Shown: positions 17,036-25,011 of the stretch, piece by piece
How positions within the stretch are numbered: the stretch's first letter is position 1
Layout of the letters: every line of letters begins with the position of its first letter
Origin: Candidatus Pelethenecus faecipullorum
GTDB lineage: Bacteria > Bacillota_I > Bacilli_A > Acholeplasmatales > Anaeroplasmataceae
DNA: 26,871 nt
NCBI GenBank assembly: GCA_018715665.1
Contig: DVLF01000107.1
Coordinates: 1-26,871, forward strand
Reading direction: 5' to 3'
Position numbers and translations under genes: made by a program
The notes under the pieces: generated by a model
The model's database searches: none
Seen by the model: only the letters and a program-made list of their open reading frames with translations
What the model was told of the DNA's origin: nothing

Positions 17036-18610
17036 TTAACGCGATCCTTTTTTCAAAATCGCAAAGCACTGTTCAGATACCGAACAACGCCCGTCTTGAA
17101 TATGAACATGCCCGATTTGATAAATCGGTTCGGCTTCTTCTTCCAACACAAAAGAGTTCGGTTCGAAAGACGGGTTGACAATCATCCAAAAATCACCGCG
17201 ACGATACACAAATAATTTGGAATGATCATCGGCATGGACGATTTTTATGTTGTTGACGGCTTTTAAATCATCGTACTGATGGCGTAAAGCGATCAATGTT
17301 TGAATATGATAGTACATCGAATCTTTTTGAGTCAACGCTTCTTCGACCGTTTTTGCATTTTTTCGATCGTCGACCGGTAAATAAAGCGGTCCGTCGGTAT
17401 CGGAAAAACCGAGGTTTTTGCCCTTGTTCCACTGCATCGGCGTCCGACTTCCGGTACGATGATAACCGCCTTCTTTGGTCGGTATCGGTAAATACCGCAT
17501 CATGATTTCATCGCCGTAATATAAATACGGTACACCCGGCATTGTGAAAATAAAGCCGTAAATGATCTTTTGTTCCAATTCATCGAAAAAGTATGACGTC
17601 CGAATCATATCGTGATTATCCGTCAAAAAGCAGATATAGCCCAACTCTTTGGTCTTTTCATACCAATCCAAATATTCTTTTAAGAATTTAGTCGGTGTTT
17701 GCTTAGAATCGGTCTTAAAATAAGAACAATCGCTTGTGATTTCGTATGTATCGTAATCCAGATCCTGATCTCTTAACAAATGATGATAGCCGTTTCCGCC
17801 ATCCCAGCCGTGATCCAAATAAAAATCCATATCGAATCCGCAGGCAAGCGCCCGGTCCGGTGTTCCCCATTCGGAAACAAAAGCGGCATTCGGATATTCT
17901 TCTCGAATGATCTTAAACATCCGTTTCCATACTTCCTGCGTTCCGCGCTCATCGACATCGTTTTTAACCAAACAAGCCGCCATATCGACTCTAAATCCGT
18001 CCACCCCTTTGGATAACCAGAAACGCATCACATCCAACATCGCTTCCTGTGTTTTTTTCGATGCTTCGGAATCGATTTTATGCTGCCACGGTTCCTTTAC
18101 TTCGTAAAACCCGTAATTGAGGGACGGCTGACAGTTGAAAAAGGAAATCACGTATGTTCCGTTGCGTTCTTTTTCGCCGCCCACCGCCGTTAAATTGTTC
18201 GGTTTGTTAAAGGCTCCTTTGGTCCAAATATAGCGATCGCTGTACTGGTTTTTTTCCTGTTTGGATGAAGCCAAAAACCATTCATGTTCTTCACTGGTAT
18301 GGCACGGTACCAAATCCAGTAACAGATGCATCTTGCGCCAATGCATTTCTTCGATCAGTCGGTATAAATCATCGTTGGTTCCGTATCTTGGCGCTACTTT
18401 CAGATAATTTCTGACATCGTAACCGGCATCTTTAAACGGCGAATCGAAACAAGGATTCATCCAGATCGCATTGCATCCCAACGAGCAAATATAATCCAAT
18501 TTGGCAATAATGCCCGGGATATCGCCGATTCCATCCGCATTCGAATCATAGAAAGACTGCGGATAAATTTCGTAAAATACGGCATCGTTTAACCATTTTT
18601 GTGCTTTCAT
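17036..18610 (-). CDS. Cytoplasmic GH13 alpha-glucosidase/oligo-1,6-glucosidase-like enzyme
   Basis: FYEIYPQSFYDSNADGIGD, DAGYDV, LDLVPCHTS, QPSLN, GFRVDMA, SEWG, TDNHD, YYGDEI, RTPMQW. Start moved from 18649 to ATG 18610 (MKAQKW), which has an AGGAGA RBS. Confidence 0.88.
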   Translation of the reverse strand: MKAQKWLNDAVFYEIYPQSFYDSNADGIGDIPGIIAKLDYICSLGCNAIWMNPCFDSPFKDAGYDVRNYLKVAPRYGTNDDLYRLIEEMHWRKMHLLLDLVPCHTSEEHEWFLASSKQEKNQYSDRYIWTKGAFNKPNNLTAVGGEKERNGTYVISFFNCQPSLNYGFYEVKEPWQHKIDSEASKKTQEAMLDVMRFWLSKGVDGFRVDMAACLVKNDVDERGTQEVWKRMFKIIREEYPNAAFVSEWGTPDRALACGFDMDFYLDHGWDGGNGYHHLLRDQDLDYDTYEITSDCSYFKTDSKQTPTKFLKEYLDWYEKTKELGYICFLTDNHDMIRTSYFFDELEQKIIYGFIFTMPGVPYLYYGDEIMMRYLPIPTKEGGYHRTGSRTPMQWNKGKNLGFSDTDGPLYLPVDDRKNAKTVEEALTQKDSMYYHIQTLIALRHQYDDLKAVNNIKIVHADDHSKLFVYRRGDFWMIVNPSFEPNSFVLEEEAEPIYQIGHVHIQDGRCSVSEQCFAILKKGSR

Positions 18611-18658
18611 ATAGTCTCCTTTTATTCTGTTGGTCTTTTTTGTTTTCATTTCAACTTC

Positions 18659-18686
18659 ATTCTACCACGTTTTTTGGGGAAGTCAA
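18659..18686 (-). promoter_or_regulatory. Putative promoter of the second GH13 gene
   Basis: Minus strand TTGACT-16 nt-TAGAAT with extended -10 TG-G. Confidence 0.65.
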
Positions 18687-18732
18687 CGAAAAAATTGAGG
18701 GAGTTTTTATTTTTCAAAAAACAAAGAAAGAC

Positions 18733-18764
18733 AAAAAAATCCCGTTTCCAATTTCGGAAACGGG
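18733..18764 (-). terminator. Intrinsic terminator after the hypothetical gene pair
   Basis: Minus strand CCCGTTTCC-GAAATT-GGAAACGGG-A-TTTTTTT, 6 nt after the TGA at 18771. Confidence 0.85.
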
Positions 18765-18770
18765 CATTGT

Positions 18771-19418
18771 TCAAAAAGAGGATTCGGACTGTTCTTCCAT
18801 CTTCAAATCACCGACTAATCCATTGAATAAAGGCGCCAATCCTTCTTTGGCATCTTCATGATTGGGGCAAATCAAAACGGTTTGATCGTAATAAAAGGCT
18901 GCATAATAAACGTTTTCTCCCTGAATACAAAAATCCGGCAGTTTTCGCAGCACTTCCTCATCCCAATCCAAAAATATCTCGAATCCGATAAATTTACGAC
19001 ATTTTTCAAGGGCTTTGTTGGAAGAAGGGCGGGCATTGTTTTGTTGTTCTTGGTTGAAATACTTCTCTTTGTTTTTAACCAGAACCACTTTATAAGCATG
19101 CTCTTTTTCCACTTTCAAATAACTTTGTCCGTAAGGTGTGTTGCGTTGCTGATAGCCCATTGCGGTCAACTTATTTTCGACGGAAGGATCAAATACGTAT
19201 TTTTTCTGCGGATATTTTTTCGGTTTCATGCGGTAACGAAACGTTCTGGTCGAGGCAAACTGAATCGCGATGGTCATATAAATAAAATCAATGGCCAACA
19301 AGACAATCACGACATTGGTCCAAGCGCCTTTGGTCTGCGTCACCCCGACAATCAAACCGACGGCAAGTATAAAACTGATCAAGACACTGATCCATATGGT
19401 TCTGGTTTTAATTTTCAT
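18771..19418 (-). CDS. Hypothetical membrane protein (two N-terminal TM helices plus soluble domain)
   Basis: AGGAGA RBS; hydrophobic aa 8-27 and 34-55; followed by a terminator. Confidence 0.78.
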   Translation of the reverse strand: MKIKTRTIWISVLISFILAVGLIVGVTQTKGAWTNVVIVLLAIDFIYMTIAIQFASTRTFRYRMKPKKYPQKKYVFDPSVENKLTAMGYQQRNTPYGQSYLKVEKEHAYKVVLVKNKEKYFNQEQQNNARPSSNKALEKCRKFIGFEIFLDWDEEVLRKLPDFCIQGENVYYAAFYYDQTVLICPNHEDAKEGLAPLFNGLVGDLKMEEQSESSF

Positions 19419-19427
19419 AACAATCTC

Positions 19428-19925
19428 CTATCTAAGCGGATCAATAGCCGTCAAATCGTAATAAATGGCTTCGGCATAATGATCGTATAATTTATAAAAT
19501 TTCGGAACAGGCCGCCAATATTCCAACCGAACTTCTCGGTAATTGAAAATCAGAACCTGATTGAACTGTGTTTTCGTATTGGTTCTTGCGACTTTGGCAA
19601 TCGCTCTGGTTTGTTCGTTATCGTGTTGGAAAACCCATAAATGAATGACCGAATCGCCTTCTTCGATTCCTTTTTCTTTTAAAGCGTCTTTCAGTGTTTC
19701 GTATCGATACCGATCCACATCCACTCCGGTTTCCTCATCGATCAACACAATAATAAAAACGGTTTTTTTATAATTTCTGGCATAAACGTGCACCTTGTCT
19801 TCGTCTTTGATCAGCGTTTGACCGGCATAAACCAATGCATAAGAAAACGAATCATACGGTTTGGTATCGTAAAAGCCTAAACAACCAGTCGATTCTTTTT
19901 TTCTTTTCCATCTTTCAAACATCAT
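19428..19925 (-). CDS. Hypothetical protein (165 aa)
   Basis: Host-like codon usage; its stop overlaps the RBS of the next gene; extended -10 upstream. Confidence 0.72.
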   Translation of the reverse strand: MMFERWKRKKESTGCLGFYDTKPYDSFSYALVYAGQTLIKDEDKVHVYARNYKKTVFIIVLIDEETGVDVDRYRYETLKDALKEKGIEEGDSVIHLWVFQHDNEQTRAIAKVARTNTKTQFNQVLIFNYREVRLEYWRPVPKFYKLYDHYAEAIYYDLTAIDPLR

Positions 19926-19936
19926 TCATCCATCCA

Positions 19937-19956
19937 TTCTAACGCTTATTATACCA
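19937..19956 (-). promoter_or_regulatory. Extended -10 promoter with overlapping operator-like site
   Basis: Minus strand TGGTATAAT (19956-19948) followed by AAGCGTT (AATAAG-CG-TTAGAA, 19937-19950). Confidence 0.45.
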
Positions 19957-19990
19957 TGTTTCAAATAGAAAAAAAAGGATTCGAAGCCAA

Positions 19991-20015
19991 TGTCAACACC
20001 AGATAAGGAAGTATT
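19991..20015. repeat. Left junction (candidate att site downstream of the recombinase)
   Basis: Host arm TGTCAACACCAGA, dinucleotide TA (GA at 20002-20003 is the alternative), element arm AGGAAGTATT. Confidence 0.6.
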
Positions 20016-20024
20016 TATGTAAGG

Positions 20025-20067
20025 GGTACGGTGTAACTCAGAAAAATGGGTTACGCCGTACCTTTTT
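20025..20067 (+). terminator. Plus-strand intrinsic terminator just inside the left end
   Basis: GGTACGGTGTAACTC / GGGTTACGCCGTACC, 15 bp with two G-U pairs on the plus strand (C-A mismatches on minus), followed by TTTTT. Confidence 0.65.
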
Positions 20068-20068
20068 G

Positions 20069-21769
20069 TTATGCTACGAAGCGGAAGTCCTGCGGGTTTT
20101 CCCGTATTTCCTGCATCATAGCAAGGATTTCCTGCTCGGTGGGAATGTCGATCATTCCCGCCGCCGTGAAGTAAATATCCACCTTCAAATAACAGTGGCC
20201 GCTCGACTTGTCGTTGTTGTGGACTTCAATGCGCTCAATCAGAGAGTTTACAAGCGCCGGGGTAAGCTTTGCAATATCCGTCAGTTCACGAAGCGTTCGG
20301 AGCAGCAGCCTTAAATCCGTAACCTTCTGCTTCGCTTCCTGCAAGGTCTTTTGACTGTCGGAAACCTCCCGCATCAGCGCTTTCTGCTCTTTTTCGTAGT
20401 TTTGAAGCATTTTGGAAAAGCGTTCATCAGAAAGTATGCCGCTTGCGTTCTGCTCGAACACCTTTTCAATCAGCCTGTCGATTTCGGCAATTCTCTTTGT
20501 GCCCTGTTCCACCGTCTGCTCCAGCCTTTTGTGTTCCTTCTGCCGCATGGCGTTTGTTTTCTTCGCCAGCATATACAGAAATACTGTTTCGTGGCACTTC
20601 ACAAACTCCGATAAACCGCTGATGGCTTCAAACACAAGCTTTTCCAGCACAACATCCCGGATATAGTGGATTTGGCAAGTTCCTCTGCCGTCCTTGTAGT
20701 TGGAACACCGCCAAAATTCCTGATTGCGTTTCAGGCTTTTTGCAGCGCAGAAATGCAGCTTTGCGCCGCAATCGGGGCAGTACACCAATCCCGAAAACAG
20801 ACTTGCTCTGCCTGTGGCGGTCGGTCTGCGGCGGTGTTTGCGAAGTTCCTGCACCCTCAGCCATTGTTCCTCCGAGATAATCGGCTCCTGCATATTCGGG
20901 ATAACCTGATGTTCCTCCGCCGGTTTGTAAATGGTTTTATGCACCTTGTAGCTGACGGTGGTGGTCTTGAAATTCACCGCACAGCCGGTGTACTGCCTGT
21001 TTTCAAGAATACCGACAACGGTTTTCTGGTCCCAACAGTACGGATTAGCCGGTACTTTCTGTGCGTGACTTCTGCCGATAGATTCATAGTAAGCAGAGGG
21101 AACAAGGATTTGTTCTTTCTCCAACTGCCTCGCAATCTGCGACGGGCCACGCCCTGCAAGGCAAAGCGCATAGATTTTGCGTACCACTTCGGCGGCCGGT
21201 TCGTCAATCAGCCATTTCTCCTTATCATTCGGGTCTTTCCTGTACCCAAACGGAACAGAAGAAGATACCCGTTTGCCGTTATCTGCTTTTGACTGCCATA
21301 CCGCACGGATTTTCTTGGAGGTCTGCGCCGCATACCACTCGTTGAAAATATTGTGGAACGGCATCATCTCCACGCCATCGCCGGTCAAAGTATCTACTCG
21401 CTCCTGTATGGCGATAAAGCGGATACCCAGCGACGGATACACCACCTGCGTCAATCTTCCCATTTCCACCTGTTCACGCCCGAAACGGGATAGGTCTTTC
21501 ACAATAATGGTGCCGATTTCTCCGTTCTCCGCCATACGCTCCATACGCATAAAATCCGGTCTTTGGAAGGTGGTGCCCGATACGCCGTCATCCACGAAAA
21601 ACATGGTGTTGGTGTATCCCTCTTTTCGGGCGAAGTCCTGCAAAATCTGCTTTTGATTCGTGATGGAGTTTGACTCCTCGTCCTTGTTGTCATCGTCTAC
21701 GGAAAGTCTACAGTAAAGCGCCGTGATTTTTTCATCTGCCTGCCCGTTTGGTTTCGTTGCTGTTGTCAT
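20069..21769 (-). CDS. Large serine recombinase, TnpX/TndX-like
   Basis: Catalytic LYCRLS, DDGVSGT, IVKDLSRFGR, PFGY recombinase domain, zinc-ribbon cysteines CPDCG and WRC...TC, coiled coil, C-terminal LIERIEVH typical of TnpX-like (DUF4368-type) proteins; AAGGAG RBS. Confidence 0.95.
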   Translation of the reverse strand: MTTATKPNGQADEKITALYCRLSVDDDNKDEESNSITNQKQILQDFARKEGYTNTMFFVDDGVSGTTFQRPDFMRMERMAENGEIGTIIVKDLSRFGREQVEMGRLTQVVYPSLGIRFIAIQERVDTLTGDGVEMMPFHNIFNEWYAAQTSKKIRAVWQSKADNGKRVSSSVPFGYRKDPNDKEKWLIDEPAAEVVRKIYALCLAGRGPSQIARQLEKEQILVPSAYYESIGRSHAQKVPANPYCWDQKTVVGILENRQYTGCAVNFKTTTVSYKVHKTIYKPAEEHQVIPNMQEPIISEEQWLRVQELRKHRRRPTATGRASLFSGLVYCPDCGAKLHFCAAKSLKRNQEFWRCSNYKDGRGTCQIHYIRDVVLEKLVFEAISGLSEFVKCHETVFLYMLAKKTNAMRQKEHKRLEQTVEQGTKRIAEIDRLIEKVFEQNASGILSDERFSKMLQNYEKEQKALMREVSDSQKTLQEAKQKVTDLRLLLRTLRELTDIAKLTPALVNSLIERIEVHNNDKSSGHCYLKVDIYFTAAGMIDIPTEQEILAMMQEIRENPQDFRFVA

Positions 21770-21855
21770 AAATCAATTCTCCTTTCCGACAACAGGGCAT
21801 AGCAAAGGCATATTCATCCTACTATACCCTATTGCCTTTTTCTATTGTGCGATGG

Positions 21856-22134
21856 TTAAATCAGGTTTTCGGACAGAATCAGTTCCTTAAATTGCTCCAT
21901 TACGCATTGCCTGCCTTTGGGATTAAAATGCGTGGAGATTTCGTAGGTTGTCCCGCCGATTTTCAGCTTGAAATCGTCCTCCCCGAAGCGGCGCAGCCTG
22001 CTGTAATCCAGACTGCGTTCTCCGCTTCGAGGCAGCATATAATCCACAAGACAAACCGGCTCGGTTTCGTCGATCGGCTCAGGCGGCAGAGCATATATAA
22101 CTTCGTTATTCGGGTAAATCTGCGTTTTCTTCAT
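21856..22134 (-). CDS. Transposon-encoded TnpW-family protein
   Basis: C-terminal KIGGTTYEISTHFNPKGRQCVMEQFKELIL matches the TnpW pattern; position directly upstream of the recombinase fits. Confidence 0.72.
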   Translation of the reverse strand: MKKTQIYPNNEVIYALPPEPIDETEPVCLVDYMLPRSGERSLDYSRLRRFGEDDFKLKIGGTTYEISTHFNPKGRQCVMEQFKELILSENLI

Positions 22135-22143
22135 ACTGCCACC

Positions 22144-23028
22144 TTACCTTTCATCACGGCTGTTTCGCTTGCGTTCAAGCCGGCGCTGATGTTCATACAG
22201 CAGTTTCAGAATGGTATCGGTCATCTGCTTCTGCGTGTAGTTCTTTGGGAAAAACGCCTTCAAATCCTGCACCTTAAAGCTGATACGCTCGGCCTGATTG
22301 GCTTTTTCCTCCGCCATAATCTCATAGATGCTGTCCGAGGAAAGCGTACCCTGCTGCGCCGCCTTTTTCATACGGATGCTCTGTGCGTGGGAAGGGGTGC
22401 AGTCGTTCAGGCTTATAGCGTCCAGCAGGATGTTCTGCTGTTCTTCGGACAGATAGGAAAGCTCAACGGCGGGGCTGAGGGCAATCACGCCCTCGTCTAC
22501 CTTTTGGAGCAGTTCGGGAACGAGATAGGTTAAGCGGATATACCGGAACACCTGGTCCCGGCTTTCATTCCGTGCTTTGCCGATTTCAGCGGCGGTGTCC
22601 GACTTTGTCGCAGCTTGCGACAAAGTTAAATCCGTCCGCTTGCCCTGCGCTTTCATTGCCTCCATTTTCATTTTGTAAGCAAAAGCTTTTTCGCTTGGGA
22701 GTATCCGTTCACGGTGGAGATTGCTGTCTACCACCGCAATCATCGCTTCGTTTCGGTCAAGGGGATAGATCAAAACAGGCACTTCGGAAAGTCCTGCTTT
22801 TATAGCGGCGTGTAGTCTGCGGTGTCCGCTAACCACTTCATATTCGTCCGTATTTTCAATCGGGCGGACGATCAGCGGACAAAGTATGCCTTGTTCTTTG
22901 ATACTTTCGGTCAGCACCTCCATATCCTCATCGTCCAGCACCTGAAAGGGATGTCCCTCAAAGGTGCGGAGCTTATCCACCCCGATATTCGCCGCCTTTT
23001 TCTTCGGCGGGTTGATTGTATTTATCAT
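22144..23028 (-). CDS. parB: ParB/RepB/Spo0J-family protein
   Basis: HPFQV, LTESIKEQGILCPLIVRP, arginine patch YEVVSGHRRLHA, DSNLHRE; ATGA overlap with the relaxase stop. Confidence 0.9.
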   Translation of the reverse strand: MINTINPPKKKAANIGVDKLRTFEGHPFQVLDDEDMEVLTESIKEQGILCPLIVRPIENTDEYEVVSGHRRLHAAIKAGLSEVPVLIYPLDRNEAMIAVVDSNLHRERILPSEKAFAYKMKMEAMKAQGKRTDLTLSQAATKSDTAAEIGKARNESRDQVFRYIRLTYLVPELLQKVDEGVIALSPAVELSYLSEEQQNILLDAISLNDCTPSHAQSIRMKKAAQQGTLSSDSIYEIMAEEKANQAERISFKVQDLKAFFPKNYTQKQMTDTILKLLYEHQRRLERKRNSRDER

Positions 23029-24377
23029 CGTTCATACCTTCTTTCTTTGTGCTTCATTGTTACGGCAATTTCCATCTGCCGCTCGGTTTCGAGCAGTTTT
23101 TCAAATCTCGGTATCTTTTCGAGAATTGCCCGTGCGATGGACAGTTCTTTTCGCAAAGGCTTGATTTTTGCGGTAATATCCCTCGCTTCGGTGTTCAGCG
23201 ATTCGCTTTTCTTATGGCGGTTTCGGTTATATATTGACTGCCTTTCCTTTTCCAAAGCGGAGATTTGCGCCCGTGTTTCGCTGATAAAAAAGGCAAGCTC
23301 CTGCGGAGAATCAATCTGCTTCTCGCACAGGAATCTGTATTCTTCAAGGGTTTTATCCAGTTTGGCAACCTCCCGCCGCATTTCGGGCGAAAGCAGGCGG
23401 GGAGCGGCAGGAGCAATATTGTTGCCTGTGATCAGCTTGCATAATTCGATAATCAGTTCAAACAATACCTGTATGCCGTCCATCTTTTTCATTTTGCGGT
23501 ACTCGATTTCAAGCAGAAGCAGCGGTGTATATTTCGGCTTATGGAACGGAACATAGCCGACATATCGTTGATTATCCAAGAGTCGTTCACGGATAGCGGC
23601 AGGCATATATTCCTTGCCCAAGCGGTCTAAGCGGACTGCCCTCTGCCAGCTCGGCGCTTTGACGGAATAGTGGGCAAAGTGTTCGTCACGCCGTATCTCG
23701 TAGCCCATATCTTTGAGGCGTATCTCAAAGGCTTTGAAGTTGGTGGACTGGGCAAGAGCGGTGTCAATATCCGCCTTTAACAGTTCACGGTGCGACACAC
23801 CGCCGCTCTGCTTCAGCCGGTATTCCTTTTTCTTCCCGCCATAAAATTCAGCTTCTTTTAAAATGCTTTTGCCGTATTCCAGACATACGGCGTCGGAGAT
23901 TTCACGGAGCCTGTGGTGATCGGAGATATGGTTTTCAAACTTCCTGCCGGTCTTAAAGGATACGGAGTTTACCACAAAATGGTTATGGAGATTATCGGTA
24001 TTGAGGTGGGTGGTAACAACAATTTCATATTCCTTGCCCCACATACGCCTTGCGGTTTCCAAGCCGATTTTGTGTGCTTCTTCGGGAGTTACTTCTCCCG
24101 TCTGAAAGCTCTGATACCCGTGATACGCCACATTGCCCCCTGTTTTACCGAAGCGCTTTTTTGTTGCTGTCATACGCTCATAGGCTCTTTTAGCGTTGCA
24201 GTTGATACCGCTGACATGCATACGCTCATCGGTCTTTCTATCATTGGAAACATACTGCAAGGCGGCGTAGAGATCGCTGTCCACATACCTTTTGTCGATG
24301 GTTTTATCGGGGTTTTCCGCATAGTCGATCACTTCCTTCAGCCTGCTTTTCACAGGCCAGTATCCCGTTGTCGCCAC
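23025..24377 (-). CDS. MOBP-family relaxase
   Basis: IDYAENPDKT (catalytic Tyr region), AYHGYQSF...EVTPEEAHKIG, 3-His motif THLNTDNLHNHFVVNSV; GTG start 1 nt after the mobC stop. Confidence 0.92.
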   Translation of the reverse strand: MATTGYWPVKSRLKEVIDYAENPDKTIDKRYVDSDLYAALQYVSNDRKTDERMHVSGINCNAKRAYERMTATKKRFGKTGGNVAYHGYQSFQTGEVTPEEAHKIGLETARRMWGKEYEIVVTTHLNTDNLHNHFVVNSVSFKTGRKFENHISDHHRLREISDAVCLEYGKSILKEAEFYGGKKKEYRLKQSGGVSHRELLKADIDTALAQSTNFKAFEIRLKDMGYEIRRDEHFAHYSVKAPSWQRAVRLDRLGKEYMPAAIRERLLDNQRYVGYVPFHKPKYTPLLLLEIEYRKMKKMDGIQVLFELIIELCKLITGNNIAPAAPRLLSPEMRREVAKLDKTLEEYRFLCEKQIDSPQELAFFISETRAQISALEKERQSIYNRNRHKKSESLNTEARDITAKIKPLRKELSIARAILEKIPRFEKLLETERQMEIAVTMKHKERRYER

Positions 24378-24378
24378 A

Positions 24379-24681
24379 TCATACCACTATCCTTTCCTTT
24401 TGCGGTAAGATAAGTTCGGCGGTTATCTCATCAATCAAAGAGATAATTTTTTCTTCCGTGTCTGCTGAGATTTTGCCTTCGCATACCACACAAAGCTCAT
24501 CTAATTTATCATTGAAAGAGAAGAATATTTCGGGTAAAACAGCTCTCGGCATATATCCCAAAGCTCGCTGCCTGAGATATTCTGATACAGAGAGACCGCA
24601 CCTTTCAGCGTTATGCTCAATCATATTTTTCTCTTTTTCGCTGACACGGATAAACAGATTTTTATTTTTAACTTCGTTCAT
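24379..24681 (-). CDS. mobC: MobC-type ribbon-helix-helix relaxosome accessory protein
   Basis: LFIRVSEKEKNMIEHNAERCGLSVSEYLRQRALG; immediately upstream of the relaxase; AAAGGA RBS. Confidence 0.85.
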   Translation of the reverse strand: MNEVKNKNLFIRVSEKEKNMIEHNAERCGLSVSEYLRQRALGYMPRAVLPEIFFSFNDKLDELCVVCEGKISADTEEKIISLIDEITAELILPQKERIVV

Positions 24682-24715
24682 AACATCAGTCCTTTCTTTG
24701 ATTTTTCAAGGGGTA

Positions 24716-24790
24716 TTAGGGGTGCCCCCTAAAGTGAAATCGGCTCTCAAAGCCGATTGGGAGGGAAACTGTCAATACAGTTTCCCTGCT
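24716..24790. other. Putative oriT region: three adjacent inverted repeats
   Basis: TTAGGGG/CCCCTAA (24716-24732), AATCGGCT/AGCCGATT (24738-24758) and GGGAAACTGT/ACAGTTTCCC (24763-24786), directly upstream of mobC. Confidence 0.6.
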
Positions 24791-24980
24791 TGTTACAGCA
24801 TACGACATCTCTGCTGTCTTTCCCGTGGGTGTTTTGCCGGTCTGCCTGAATGTCGTTTTTCTATTCCTGCCCCGGAGTCTCACCGCAGCGTTGTTTCGCT
24901 CTCTCTGCTCACACAAGAGGTCTTGGCAAAATCATATCCCATCCAGCCGGTCATTCAGTTGTAACCGGCTTTCGGGTAAC

Positions 24981-25011
24981 AAAAAAAGCCGGCACACAAA
25001 TGCGTACCGAC
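24981..25011 (-). terminator. Intrinsic terminator (attenuator) inside the mob operon leader
   Basis: Minus strand GTCGGTACGC-ATTT-GTGTGCCGGC-TTTTTTT; 10-bp stem whose three G-U pairs form only on the minus strand. Confidence 0.75.

Noticed and set aside
18611-18649. ORF-track N-terminal extension of the second GH13 (MKTKKTNRIKGDY)
   Set aside because: It contains the AGGAGA RBS of ATG 18610 and starts only about 10 nt below the predicted -10.
1222-19490. Alternative-frame ORFs over host genes (e.g. 1222..1599, 8008..8547, 8261..8713, 16916..17215, 18858..19490)
   Set aside because: Antisense or out-of-frame overlaps with motif-supported CDSs or terminators; no independent evidence.
20066-24964. 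Long plus-strand ORFs over the element (e.g. 20666..21292, 21832..22533, 22822..23556, 23913..24413, 24368..24964)
   Set aside because: Antisense shadows of well-supported minus-strand genes; no family motifs or RBS, and low-information translations.
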